Source: Nitriliruptoraceae bacterium (GTDB lineage Bacteria; Actinomycetota; Nitriliruptoria; Nitriliruptorales; Nitriliruptoraceae). From it: a DNA stretch of 24,000 bases. The DNA lies in the NCBI GenBank assembly GCA_050486225.1, contig JBJHCV010000001.1, positions 386,051 through 410,050 on the forward strand. The letters are read 5' to 3'. A program made the position numbers and the translations under genes. Below the pieces are notes generated by a model. That model made no database searches. It saw nothing but the letters and a program-made list of their open reading frames with translations, and was not told where the DNA came from. Below, one piece after another: positions 7,508 to 16,747 of the stretch (its first letter is position 1; every line of letters starts with the position of its first letter).

Positions 7508-7567
7508 CACTGACGCGCACGGGTTGACGATGCGCCCGATCGCGGGCGACGCCTCGAGGACACCATC

Positions 7568-7849
7568 ATGCACGGTTACGCGGAGCGACGCGACGAACTG
7601 CTGGTGCGGCTTCGCCGCATCGAGGGCCAGGTCCGCGGACTGCAGCGCATGATCGAGGACGACCGGTACTGCATCGACGTGCTCACCCAGGTGTCGTCGG
7701 TGACCCGTGCCCTGCAGGGTGTGGCCACCGAAATGCTCGACGACCACGTGCGTCACTGTGTCCGTGACGCGATCGACCGGGGACCCGACTCGGCCGACGA
7801 GAAGATCGAGGAGGCGCTCGAGGTCGTCCACCGCCTCATCCGCAGCTGA
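7568..7849 (+). CDS. csoR: CsoR family copper-sensing transcriptional repressor
   Basis: 93-aa ORF with the RLRRIEGQVRGLQRMIEDDRYCIDVLTQV signature and the Cys-His-Cys ligand set (YC...HVRHC). Confidence 0.9.
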   Translation: MHGYAERRDELLVRLRRIEGQVRGLQRMIEDDRYCIDVLTQVSSVTRALQGVATEMLDDHVRHCVRDAIDRGPDSADEKIEEALEVVHRLIRS

Positions 7850-7886
7850 CGTCCGGCCACCCCGAGACTCCGACGAGGAGCAGACC

Positions 7887-8084
7887 ATGACCACCCAGAC
7901 CTACCGCGTGACCGGGATGACCTGCGACCACTGCCGCCAGTCGGTCGAAGGCGAGGTCTCCACGATCGACGGCGTCCGGGCCGTCTCCGTCGACGTGGAG
8001 AACGGCACCGTCACCGTCGATGGCGACGTCGACGAGCAGGCCATCCGCGCCGCCGTCGAGGAGGTCGGCTACTCGATGGCATGA
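7887..8084 (+). CDS. copZ: Heavy-metal-associated (HMA) copper chaperone
   Basis: The track ORF was trimmed to ATG 7887, preceded by GAGGAG. The 65-aa product has the GMTCDHC metal-binding motif and HMA-fold length. Confidence 0.9.
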   Translation: MTTQTYRVTGMTCDHCRQSVEGEVSTIDGVRAVSVDVENGTVTVDGDVDEQAIRAAVEEVGYSMA

Positions 8085-8202
8085 CCCGGACACGCTCCGG
8101 GTCACACGGACGGGCGGCGGGCAGGCGCTCCCGCCGCAAGTCCACACGCGCGTGGCGAGCACTGCGCCGGGAGGTCACTGGCGACACGTAGCCTCGGCGC
8201 CC

Positions 8203-10896
8203 ATGGCGACCTCGACTGCTCCCCAAACCCCCTTCCCGGGTCCCGAGGCGCTGGGGCGTGGCGTCGTCGTCACGGCGGACGCCGCGACGCCCGACGGCAT
8301 GGACCCCGACACCCCGCGGGTCCGGGTCGACGCCGCGACGCTGGACGACCCGTCGGACACCGTCGCCCGCCTCCACCGGCACTGGCTGCGGCGCGAACCG
8401 GTCGTCATCGACCTCGCCGTCGATCCCGACGTGCTGCGTGCACCGTCGGTGACGACCGAAGCGGCCCACGAGGTCGGCGTCGACCACTCGATCGACCGGG
8501 ACCGACTCGCGTTCCTCGTCTGGGCCAACAACCACGACGCCCGCGACGGTGCGCCCGTGTGGTGGCACGGCGTGCTCGCCGCCCGGCGCACGTCCGCACG
8601 CCCGGCGGACCCAGGGGCAGGCCCCGACGCCGACGTCGTGCTCGCCGACGGCACGTTGGCCTGGGTCGACGGCGGACCCCGGGGCCCCGTGGCCGGGGTC
8701 ACCACCGTCCACCGCGAGTCACTCCAGGTCGCCTCCCCGCGGCTCGTGCCCATCGTGGCCACCCGACGCGACGCTGCCGCAGCCCCCGGTCGCACGACGC
8801 TGACCGCCGACCAGCAGGCGGCGGTCGACCACACCGCGGGTCCCGCCCGGGTCATCGCGCCCGCAGGGTCGGGCAAGACCCGAGTGCTGACCGCACGCAT
8901 CCTCGCCCTGCTCGAACGCGGGGTCGAACCGGAACTCGTGACCGCGGTGGCCTACAACACGCGTGCCGCCGACGAACTGCGCGACCGACTCGCCACCCCC
9001 GGACTGTCGGTGCGGACCCTCAACTCGTTCGGCCTGTGGATCTGCTCGCTCGCCGAGCGTCGGCAGGTCGTCACCGAGCGCGACGTGCGGGCGCTGCTGT
9101 CCGAACACGTGCGCGTCGGTCGGGTCCCCAACCAGGATCCCTGGCAGGCCTGGATCGACGCCCTGTCGGACGCCCGGCTCGGGCTCCGCGATCCGGCGGA
9201 GGTCGAGGCGTCCCGCGACGACGTCTCCGGGTTCGCGGACGTGTTCGACGCCTACCGGCGCACGCTCGCGGAACGGCGACTGCTCGACTTCGACGAACAG
9301 ATCCTCACCGCGGTGGAACTGCTGCTGGCCCGACCGGACCTGCGGGCCCGCGTCCAACGAGCCTGTACCCACCTGCTCGTCGACGAGTTCCAGGACCTCA
9401 CCCCCGCACACCTGCTGCTCATCCGACTCGCCGCGGGCCCCGCCATGCAGGTGTTCGCCGTGGGTGACGACGACCAGACCATCTACGGCTACGCGGGCGC
9501 GACCCCACGCTGGCTCGTCGACTTCGACCAGTGGTTCCCCGGCGCCACGAGCCTCGCACTCGAGACCAACCACCGCTGCCCGGCGCCGGTGGTCACCGCT
9601 GCGGACCGGTTGCTGTCCCACAACCGCCTGCGTGTCGACAAGGTCATCCGCGCCGCGGACACGGCCGTCGACGAACCCGACGCGCTCACCGTGCACCGGG
9701 TGCCCGGTGCACAGACCGTGGACCGGACCCTCGAACTGCTCGCCGACGGCGCACCCGCGGACCGCGCCGTGCTCACCCGGGTCGCGAGCGTCCTGCTCCC
9801 GGTCCAGGTCGCCCTTGCCGACGCCAACGTGCCCAGCACCGCACCACTCGAGCCGGGCGTGCTCGAACGCACCGGCCTGCGCACGGCGCTCGCCTACCTG
9901 CGCATCGGCGCGGAACCCGAGCACGTGTCGCGACGTGACCTGCTCGACACGGTGAACCGCCCGACACGCAAGATCCGCACCGCCGTGGGCGAGGTGCTGC
10001 GACACGGCTCGCTGTCGCTGTCCCAGTTGCGTCGACTCCGGCGGGACCTCGACGCCTCACACCGCGACCGCTTCGACGACTTCGTGGACGACCTGCGTGG
10101 ACTGGCGACGGCCGTGGACCGGGGTGCGTCCACGGCCGAGTGCCTGCGGGTGATCCGCGAGGACATCGGCCTCGGCGCGGCGATGGAGTCGCTCGACCGG
10201 TCGCAGCGTCGCCCCGAGGGGTCGTCACACCTCGACGACCTCGACGCCCTGGAGCAGGTGGCCGCCCGCCAAGCCGACCCGCGTACGTTCGAGGCGTGGG
10301 TCCGCGCACTGCTGGCCCGACCGGGAGACCCCGGCGGCATCACCCTGTCGACGATCCACCGCGTCAAGGGTCTCGAGTGGGACCACGTGGTCGTGTTCGG
10401 GGTCAACGCCGGCCTGTTCCCCCACCGCCGAGCCGAGGACGTCGAGGAGGAACGTCGGATCCTGCACGTCGCGCTCACCCGCGGGCGGCGACGCGTCGAC
10501 GTCGTCTCCGACGAACAGCGCGGCTCCCCGTTCCTCGACGAACTCTCCCGACGTGCGCCGGCCGTCCCGCCGCCGGATCCGTGCGGCCGCACACCACGCC
10601 CGACCGCGGGCACGCGCTCCACCCCTTCGCAGCCGACCCTGGACGGGACCCAGCGCGCACGCCGCGGCGTCGACGACCGCAGCGACGACGACGTGTTCGA
10701 CGCGCTGCGTGACTGGCGGCGCGACACCGCCCGACGGCTGGAGGTGCCTGCGTACCTCGTCCTCCATGACCGTCACCTGCGGGCCATCGCGGCTGCGCGG
10801 CCGGTCACCCTGGCCGAACTGGCCGCCTGCCCGGGCGTGGGACCGCAGAAGCTCGAACGCTTCGGAGACGAGGTGCTGGCGGTCACGCGGGGCTGA
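8203..10896 (+). CDS. UvrD/Rep/PcrA-type SF1 DNA helicase with C-terminal HRDC domain and an N-terminal extension of about 195 aa of unknown function
   Basis: Helicase motifs are present: Q (LTADQQAAV), I (APAGSGKT), II (LLVDEFQDL), III (VGDDDQTIYGYAGA), V/VI (TIHRVKGLEWDHVVV, ILHVALTRGRRRV). The HRDC signature is FDALRDWRRDTARRLEVPAYLVLHDRHLRAIAA...LAACPGVGPQKLERFG. The start was set at ATG 8203, after copZ ends; in-frame GTG 8152 is also possible. Confidence 0.85.
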   Translation: MATSTAPQTPFPGPEALGRGVVVTADAATPDGMDPDTPRVRVDAATLDDPSDTVARLHRHWLRREPVVIDLAVDPDVLRAPSVTTEAAHEVGVDHSIDRDRLAFLVWANNHDARDGAPVWWHGVLAARRTSARPADPGAGPDADVVLADGTLAWVDGGPRGPVAGVTTVHRESLQVASPRLVPIVATRRDAAAAPGRTTLTADQQAAVDHTAGPARVIAPAGSGKTRVLTARILALLERGVEPELVTAVAYNTRAADELRDRLATPGLSVRTLNSFGLWICSLAERRQVVTERDVRALLSEHVRVGRVPNQDPWQAWIDALSDARLGLRDPAEVEASRDDVSGFADVFDAYRRTLAERRLLDFDEQILTAVELLLARPDLRARVQRACTHLLVDEFQDLTPAHLLLIRLAAGPAMQVFAVGDDDQTIYGYAGATPRWLVDFDQWFPGATSLALETNHRCPAPVVTAADRLLSHNRLRVDKVIRAADTAVDEPDALTVHRVPGAQTVDRTLELLADGAPADRAVLTRVASVLLPVQVALADANVPSTAPLEPGVLERTGLRTALAYLRIGAEPEHVSRRDLLDTVNRPTRKIRTAVGEVLRHGSLSLSQLRRLRRDLDASHRDRFDDFVDDLRGLATAVDRGASTAECLRVIREDIGLGAAMESLDRSQRRPEGSSHLDDLDALEQVAARQADPRTFEAWVRALLARPGDPGGITLSTIHRVKGLEWDHVVVFGVNAGLFPHRRAEDVEEERRILHVALTRGRRRVDVVSDEQRGSPFLDELSRRAPAVPPPDPCGRTPRPTAGTRSTPSQPTLDGTQRARRGVDDRSDDDVFDALRDWRRDTARRLEVPAYLVLHDRHLRAIAAARPVTLAELAACPGVGPQKLERFGDEVLAVTRG

Positions 10897-10951
10897 CCGG
10901 CCCGCTCGACCGCCCACGCCGCGACCCCCGCGCGACTGTCCGCCGCGCCGG

Positions 10952-11893
10952 TCAGTGGACCTGCAGCCAGGCGATCGCCTGGGCCAGGGTGTCGACCGGC
11001 ACGACCTGCATGCCCCTCGGGTCGAACTCGTCGAGCTGCTGCACCTGGGACCCGGGGACGAACAGCACGTCGACGCCAGCCCGTCGGGCCGCGCGCGCCT
11101 TGGCCTCCAGCCCGCCGATGCGGGTGACGGTCCCGTCGCCGAGCAGGCCGCCCGTTCCGGCGATGTGCCGGCCCCGGGCGAGGTCCTCCTCCGCGACGTG
11201 CGCGTAGGTCACGAGCCCCACCATCAGTCCGTGCGACCCACCCAGCGACAGCGAACGGAACCAGTCGAACGCACCGAGGCTGCTGACGCGGCCACCGATC
11301 GCCGCGGAGAACTCGGCAGGGCCGAGGTCGGTGACACGGACGTGGGCGTACGGAAGCGACGGACCCGGAGCCGTCCACCACTGTCCGTCGTCCGTGAGGA
11401 AGCGGATGGTGGGGCCCGCCCCGGCGGCGACCGACAGCCAGTCGGCCCGCCCACGCAGTTCGACGTCGTCGATCTGGACGATCACCGCTCGGTCCGGCAG
11501 CCCGGGGACCAGCGGGCCCGTCGCCTCCACGATCATCCCGAGCTCGAGCGGTCGCCCGGCATGGATGAGCCCGACGGCTGCCGCGACGGGTTCGATCATC
11601 CGCGGCTGGGTTCCGGGCGGCGCCACGCGCATGTCACGCGGCGCTCGGGGTGGCTCCACCACCCGGTCGCGCAGCACCTCGAAGACCACGGGGGGACGAC
11701 CGACCGTGAGCCACGACCACCGGCCCGGTGGGTCGATCACGTTGCCCTGCACCACCAGTCGCCCGTCGAGGCGCCACACCCACCCGATGGGATCCTCGCC
11801 GGTCTGGTGGAGCCACGGAACCGGCAGCAGCAGACCGACCAGCGCCACGCCGGCGATCCACCAGCGCGCACGCACCGATCGCAGTGCGGCCAT
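10952..11893 (-). CDS. Membrane-anchored PDZ / Lon-protease-C-terminal (S16) domain serine protease (YlbL/SdrC-like)
   Basis: The track ORF was trimmed to ATG 11893. It has an N-terminal TM helix (WWIAGVALVGLLLPV). The Ser-Lys dyad contexts are GGSHGLMVGL and IGGLEAKARAARRAGV. The C-terminal LFVP motif is typical of this family. Confidence 0.8.
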   Translation of the reverse strand: MAALRSVRARWWIAGVALVGLLLPVPWLHQTGEDPIGWVWRLDGRLVVQGNVIDPPGRWSWLTVGRPPVVFEVLRDRVVEPPRAPRDMRVAPPGTQPRMIEPVAAAVGLIHAGRPLELGMIVEATGPLVPGLPDRAVIVQIDDVELRGRADWLSVAAGAGPTIRFLTDDGQWWTAPGPSLPYAHVRVTDLGPAEFSAAIGGRVSSLGAFDWFRSLSLGGSHGLMVGLVTYAHVAEEDLARGRHIAGTGGLLGDGTVTRIGGLEAKARAARRAGVDVLFVPGSQVQQLDEFDPRGMQVVPVDTLAQAIAWLQVH

Positions 11894-12121
11894 CACCCTC
11901 GTCCTCCGTCGACCCGACCGGGCACTCGACGGGGCGACGCTCCGAGCGTACGGGTGACACCCCACTTCGCCAGGCGCGACCGGCGACGAGGACGTCGAGC
12001 GCCGACCGACGCACTGCCGTCGTCCTGAGCAGGCGGTTTGCAGGCCTGCCGGCGACCCGACCTACCCTCCGCGGCTCGGCGTCCCGCACGCCCCCTCGCG
12101 AACCCCACCGGAAGGCCTGCC

Positions 12122-13729
12122 GTGCGCCGATCGCTGCGTCTGCGCCGCTGGCAGCGCGATGCACTCGGCGTGTTCGAGGCGACGACCAGCCGGGACTTCC
12201 TCGCGGTGGCGACCCCAGGTGCCGGCAAGACCACGTTCGCGCTCACCGCGGCGCTACGTGACCTCGCGACGCATCCGCATCGACGGGTGTTCGTCGTGAC
12301 GCCGACACAGCACCTCAAGCACCAGTGGGCCGAGGCCGCAGCGACCTTCGGCCTGCAGTTCGAGCCGTCGTGGTCGGCGAACGGCGCCGTGCCCGGCGAC
12401 ATGCACGGCGTGGTCATGACATATCAGCAGGTCGCGTCGTCGGGTGAGGCCATCCGTCGCGCCGCCGACGATGCGTTCGTCGTCCTCGACGAGATCCACC
12501 ACGCAGGCAGCGAACGGGCGTGGGGCGCCGCGATCGCCGCGGCGTTCGGCGACTCGGCCCACCGCCTGTCGGTGTCGGGCACCCCGTTCCGCAGCGACCT
12601 CGACCCGATCCCGTTCGTCCGCTACGACCACGACGAGGCCGTCGCCGACTTCGTCTACGGGTACGGCGACGCGCTCGCAGAGGGAGGGGTCGTCCGGCCG
12701 GTGTTCTTCCCGGCCATCGGCGGACACATGGAGTGGACGACGCCGGACGGTGCGCTCGTCGCCGCGACGTTCGACGACGCGCTCGACCGAGTCGGCGCCT
12801 CCCAACGACTGCGCACCGCCCTGTCCCCGACCGGCGAGTGGCTGCCCGCCGTGCTGCGTCACGGCCACGAACAGCTGCTCCGGATCCGAGCCTCCCACCC
12901 GGACGCGGCGGGACTCGTCATCGCGATGGACGTCGACCACGCCCGCGCGATCCGGGACCTGCTGGCCCGCGTGGGGGTCGACGCCGCCATCGCGACCTCC
13001 GACGATCCTCGAGCCAGCGACCACATCGACGCGTTCGCGCGATCGACCGACCCCTGGATCGTGGCGGTACGCATGGTGTCGGAGGGTGTCGACATCCCTC
13101 GTCTCCGTGTCGGTGTGTACGCGACCAACGTCGTGACCGAACTGTTCTTCCGGCAGGCCGTCGGGCGGCTCGTTCGGTGGCAACCTCAGCTGCGCCGCCA
13201 GAAGTCGTTCATGTTCCTGCCCGACGACGTGCGGCTGCGCACCCTCGCCCACCAGATCGCCCAGGAACGGACCCACTCGCTCGCACGCCGCGAACAGCAG
13301 GGAGACCAGCCACCCGTGGCGCTCGACGGCGCCGCCGACGACGACCAGCTGTCGCTGTTCCAGGCGATCTCGGCCACCCCGGCCGGCGACGTGTCGAGCA
13401 TCTTCGACGACGCCCACCCGGAGGACCTCATCCACACCGACGACCCGGACGACCCCGGGCTGGAGATCGAACTGGCCCCTCCCCCGCCCCTCGCGAGCTC
13501 CCAGGTGGACGGCGCGACGGCGACCGTCAGCCGTGCGCAGCACAGACGCGAACTGCGCCGGGCCAACGCGGATCGTGTGCGGATCATCCGCCACCTGACC
13601 GGGCTCACTCCCGAGGTCGTCAACGCGCGCCTCAACCAGCAGGCAGGCATCACGACGATCGACGACGCGCGACTGCGCGATCTCGAACGTCGCCTGTCGT
13701 TCGCGGACCGGTGGATCGACCAGCTCTGA
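12122..13729 (+). CDS. SF2 DExH-box helicase (ResIII + helicase-C core) with an acidic linker and helical C-terminal tail
   Basis: Motifs present: Walker A ATPGAGKT, motif II VLDEIHH, motif III SGTPFR, motif VI FRQAVGRLVR. GTG 12122 is preceded by GGAAGG; the track's longer TTG 12038 start is possible. The size and architecture recall actinobacterial SftH-type helicases, but this is unverified. Confidence 0.8.
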   Translation: MRRSLRLRRWQRDALGVFEATTSRDFLAVATPGAGKTTFALTAALRDLATHPHRRVFVVTPTQHLKHQWAEAAATFGLQFEPSWSANGAVPGDMHGVVMTYQQVASSGEAIRRAADDAFVVLDEIHHAGSERAWGAAIAAAFGDSAHRLSVSGTPFRSDLDPIPFVRYDHDEAVADFVYGYGDALAEGGVVRPVFFPAIGGHMEWTTPDGALVAATFDDALDRVGASQRLRTALSPTGEWLPAVLRHGHEQLLRIRASHPDAAGLVIAMDVDHARAIRDLLARVGVDAAIATSDDPRASDHIDAFARSTDPWIVAVRMVSEGVDIPRLRVGVYATNVVTELFFRQAVGRLVRWQPQLRRQKSFMFLPDDVRLRTLAHQIAQERTHSLARREQQGDQPPVALDGAADDDQLSLFQAISATPAGDVSSIFDDAHPEDLIHTDDPDDPGLEIELAPPPPLASSQVDGATATVSRAQHRRELRRANADRVRIIRHLTGLTPEVVNARLNQQAGITTIDDARLRDLERRLSFADRWIDQL

Positions 13730-13775
13730 CCGCCGGCGTGGCATCCTGTCGTCACACCGGACCCCGGGAGGTCAC

Positions 13776-14216
13776 GTGCCCGACACGACGCCGTCGACGG
13801 ACCTCGACGGGGTGCTACGCACCCACGGTCACCGGGTGACCCGACAACGCCGGCTCGTCTGGGAGGCGCTGCGAAGGTCGGACCGGCACCTGACCGTCGA
13901 CGAACTCGCCGCCGACCTGTCCGGAGAGGTGGACATCGCCTCGGTGTACCGGACGCTGGGTCTGTTCGAGGAGCTCGGTGTGGCCCGGGTCAGCCGGTTC
14001 CACGACGACGACGCGAGCCGATGGGAGTCCGCGCACCCCGACGAGCACTTCCACCTCGTGTGCACCACCTGCGGCGACGTCGACCACCACGTCGGGAGCC
14101 TCGTGGCACGAATCCGCAGCCACCTCGAGGACGGGCACGACTTCGCGGTCGCAGACGTCGACCTGACCGTCCGAGGCACGTGCGCCCGGTGCCGCGAGGC
14201 GTCAGCCGAGGCGTGA
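13776..14216 (+). CDS. Fur family metalloregulator (Zur/PerR/Fur subtype not resolvable)
   Basis: GTG 13776 is preceded by GGGAGG. The ORF has a DNA-binding segment (RVTRQRRLVWEAL...TVDELAADL...ASVYRTLGLFEELG), HFHLVCTTCG and a C-terminal CARC pair (structural Zn site). Confidence 0.85.
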   Translation: MPDTTPSTDLDGVLRTHGHRVTRQRRLVWEALRRSDRHLTVDELAADLSGEVDIASVYRTLGLFEELGVARVSRFHDDDASRWESAHPDEHFHLVCTTCGDVDHHVGSLVARIRSHLEDGHDFAVADVDLTVRGTCARCREASAEA

Positions 14217-15092
14217 CCCGAGGCCGGTGAACAGCACGGCTGCGGCCAGCACCCAGACGTACACGGAGAACACCCGGAACCGGGCCGCCTCGAGCAGGCG
14301 CAGGACGGCCCGCAGCGACACGGTGCCCACGACCGCGGCGACGGTGAATCCGACGGCGTACGCGCCCCAGCCGATCGCGTCGACCCTGGCGTCCGCGACG
14401 ACCTCCAGCGCCTGCACCCCGGTGGCCGCGAGGATCGTCGGGATGGCGATCGCGAAGGAGAACCTGGCCGCGAGTTCACGACGCAGACCGAGCAGCAGTG
14501 CCATGAAGATCGTCGCCCCGCTGCGTGACACCCCGGGCGCGAGCGACACGGCCTGCGCGACGCCGACGAGCACGGCCACCCAGGCGGTGACCTCTGCGGG
14601 GGTGCGCCAGTCGAAGCGCAGTGGACCGACGGGACGCTGCGAGGTCATCGAGTCGGTCCACCACAGCAGGAAACCCGTGACGACCAGCGCCCAGGCGACC
14701 AGCCGCGGCGAGCCGAACACCTCGTCGAAGGCTCCACGGAACAGCAGCCCCAGCACACCGGTGACCGCCACCGCGAGCAGGCCCATGACGACCAGCCGCG
14801 TCCACTCGTTCGACGGGTCACGCAGCCGCGGACGCCGACCACGCCACTCCCGTCGCAGGCCCGTCCACCACTCACCGAGCCAGGCACGCATGACGACGAC
14901 GATGGACACGAGCGTGCCCACGTGAACGACGAGGTCGAACAGGACCATCTCGGCGCTGTCCGGCGGTGGGATCTCGATCCCGCGCTCGATGAGCAGGGAC
15001 TGGGTCAGCACGAGGTGGCTCGTCGAACTGACGGGGACGAACATGAACACGCCCTGCACGACACCGAGCAGCAGCGCGACGAGCAGGGGCAT
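14202..15092 (-). CDS. uppP: Undecaprenyl-diphosphate phosphatase
   Basis: 296-aa polytopic membrane ORF with BacA/UppP motifs (VSSTSH near the N-terminus, PGVSRSGATI). ATG 15092 is preceded by GGAGAGG. Confidence 0.9.
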   Translation of the reverse strand: MPLLVALLLGVVQGVFMFVPVSSTSHLVLTQSLLIERGIEIPPPDSAEMVLFDLVVHVGTLVSIVVVMRAWLGEWWTGLRREWRGRRPRLRDPSNEWTRLVVMGLLAVAVTGVLGLLFRGAFDEVFGSPRLVAWALVVTGFLLWWTDSMTSQRPVGPLRFDWRTPAEVTAWVAVLVGVAQAVSLAPGVSRSGATIFMALLLGLRRELAARFSFAIAIPTILAATGVQALEVVADARVDAIGWGAYAVGFTVAAVVGTVSLRAVLRLLEAARFRVFSVYVWVLAAAVLFTGLGSRLG

Positions 15093-15190
15093 CAGGACAG
15101 ACCTCTCCGTGGCAGCGCCGACGTGGGCCGACGCGTCGGCAAGACTACGGTCGCACGGACCGACCGACGCCGACCTGCGGACGACCGCCG

Positions 15191-15592
15191 ATGCGTGACC
15201 TGCTGCTCGTGTTCGTCGGCGGTGCCGTCGGGGGGTCGATCCGCACGGCGCTGCACGCGGCCCTTCCCGACGCGATCGGGCCCTGGCCCGTGACGACGTT
15301 CGCCGTCAACGTCGTCGGAGCCGGCCTGCTCGGGGTGCTCGCCGCTCGCCTGCTGCCCAGATCGGCCACCACGCGCGACACCCAGCTGCTGGTGGGCACC
15401 GGCCTGCTCGGGTCGTTCACCACCTACAGCATGGTGGCCGTGGAGGCCGAGGCGCTGTGGCACACGCACCCGAGCGGCGTCGCCCTCACCTACCTGGCGA
15501 CGACGCTGGTCGCCGGCATCGCCGCCGCAGCGGTCGGGTGGTGGCTCGGTTCACGTGGCTCCTCGCCGGCCTCCACGGGCGGCGCCACATGA
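15191..15592 (+). CDS. crcB: Fluoride channel subunit CrcB/FluC (first of pair)
   Basis: 133-aa ORF with 4 TM helices and CrcB motifs (GGAVGGSIR, TFAVNVVGAGLLG, GLLGSFTTYS). Confidence 0.9.
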   Translation: MRDLLLVFVGGAVGGSIRTALHAALPDAIGPWPVTTFAVNVVGAGLLGVLAARLLPRSATTRDTQLLVGTGLLGSFTTYSMVAVEAEALWHTHPSGVALTYLATTLVAGIAAAAVGWWLGSRGSSPASTGGAT

Positions 15593-15948
15593 CCGCGCTC
15601 GTCGTGGCCGTCGCGTGCGGGCTCGGAGCCGTCGCGCGTCTGCTCGTCGACCGGGCGCTGGCGCGAACCAGGCTGTGGGGGCTGCCGGTGGGGATCCTGG
15701 TGGTCAACACCAGCGGGTCCCTGCTGGCGGGTGTCGCCGCGGGCCTCGCGCTGTCGGTCGTGCCGTGGCTGGCACTGCCGGCCGTCGCCCTCCTCGGGTC
15801 GTACACGACGTTCTCGTCCGCGATGGTCGAGGTGGTGCGCGTCGGACAGGGACGACCGGTGGCGGCGCTGATGCACGCGGGTGCGTCGATGGCGCTCGCC
15901 GTGGCCGCAGCGGTGGCCGGGATGGCGCTGGCGGGCGTCGTGACCTGA
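15589..15948 (+). CDS. crcB: Fluoride channel subunit CrcB/FluC (second of pair)
   Basis: ATG 15589 overlaps the upstream stop (ATGA). The 119-aa product has ILVVNTSGSLLAG and LLGSYTTFSS motifs. Paired crcB genes are typical of Actinomycetota. Confidence 0.88.
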   Translation: MTALVVAVACGLGAVARLLVDRALARTRLWGLPVGILVVNTSGSLLAGVAAGLALSVVPWLALPAVALLGSYTTFSSAMVEVVRVGQGRPVAALMHAGASMALAVAAAVAGMALAGVVT

Positions 15949-15976
15949 GGCGTCCCGGCGGTGCACTCGCAAGGAG

Positions 15977-16732
15977 TCACCGACACCGCGTCCCGTGGAT
16001 CCCGACACCCTGCGCCCTCGCCAGGGACTCGGCCGCGACCATCTGAGCGTGGAAGCGATCGTTCGGTTCGAACAGCGCGGCCACGGCCCAGCCCTCCTCC
16101 ACGAGCACCCGGTTCACGAACACCCCGTCCTCGGTCCACACGCCGCGCAACGGACGATCGAACCGGTCACGGTCCCGGACGTCGGCGACCAACCACACGA
16201 GGTCCCCGGATCCGAGGAGTTCCTCGACACGCAGCGTGGCCTCGCGGGCTCCACACTCGTCCTCGGTGCCGCCTCGGCCCAGCTCGGGTGCGTCGACGTT
16301 GAGCAGCCGGACCCGGATCGAGCCGCCTTCCGGGATCGACCCGCCCGGTTCGGCGATCACCCGGATCGTGTCACCGTCGACGACCCGGTCGACGATCGCG
16401 GGTTCCGCGTCGCCGGGAACCGTCTCGGGACGCGCTGCAGGGAGACTGGACCCCGGCACGACGTCCAACCCGCCCTCGGGAGACGTCACCGGCGCCTCGA
16501 CCTGCGCCCCGGGGAGGGAGACATGCTCGAGCAGGGTGGACCCCAGCAGCGCGACGAGCAGCACGAGCGCGATCACCCCGATCGCGCCGATCACGACCAG
16601 CGACCGAGGACCCGCGGATGGTCGACCGGACACCGTGACCTTCCTGTGACGAGGACGCGACGACCCTAGGGCGTCCGCCGACACGTGCACGGTCCGTCGC
16701 CCACGACCGGTGGACGACCGACTCACTGGCAC
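15977..16732 (-). CDS. Membrane-anchored thermonuclease (staphylococcal-nuclease/SNase-like) family protein
   Basis: It has one TM anchor (LVVIGAIGVIALVLLVALL) followed by SNase motifs VVDGDTIRV...IRVRLLNVDAPE and a GVFVNRVLVEEGWA tail. The start is GTG 16732, 16 nt after the upstream stop; internal starts are possible. Confidence 0.8.
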   Translation of the reverse strand: MPVSRSSTGRGRRTVHVSADALGSSRPRHRKVTVSGRPSAGPRSLVVIGAIGVIALVLLVALLGSTLLEHVSLPGAQVEAPVTSPEGGLDVVPGSSLPAARPETVPGDAEPAIVDRVVDGDTIRVIAEPGGSIPEGGSIRVRLLNVDAPELGRGGTEDECGAREATLRVEELLGSGDLVWLVADVRDRDRFDRPLRGVWTEDGVFVNRVLVEEGWAVAALFEPNDRFHAQMVAAESLARAQGVGIHGTRCR

Positions 16733-16747
16733 GGGACTCGCGGTGGT

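Noticed and set aside
8203-13729. Helicase, Lon-like protease and helicase as an anti-phage defence system (Gabija-, Hachiman- or BREX-like components)
   Set aside because: The three genes lie on alternating strands with separate promoters. The protease is the YlbL/PDZ housekeeping type rather than BrxL-like. No nuclease, methylase or effector partner is present. The helicases resemble conserved actinobacterial repair helicases.
13776-14216. Calling the Fur-family gene furA (katG regulator)
   Set aside because: katG lies 9 kb downstream with 12 called genes in between. The CxxC...CxxC and HxH features do not discriminate among Zur, PerR and FurA, so the subtype is left open.
14202-14216. 15-bp convergent 3' overlap of the Fur-family gene and uppP
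   Set aside because: Short convergent overlaps are common in compact high-GC genomes. No hairpin or other signal suggests special regulation.
15093-15190. Fluoride riboswitch (crcB motif) upstream of the crcB pair, and a perfect 14-bp palindrome GCCGACGCGTCGGC (15127-15140)
   Set aside because: The conserved riboswitch core (GAUGG...CCGCC...CUGAUGAUGCCUAC-like pseudoknot) is absent. At this GC content I estimate several 14-bp palindromes per 24 kb by chance, so it is not significant on its own.
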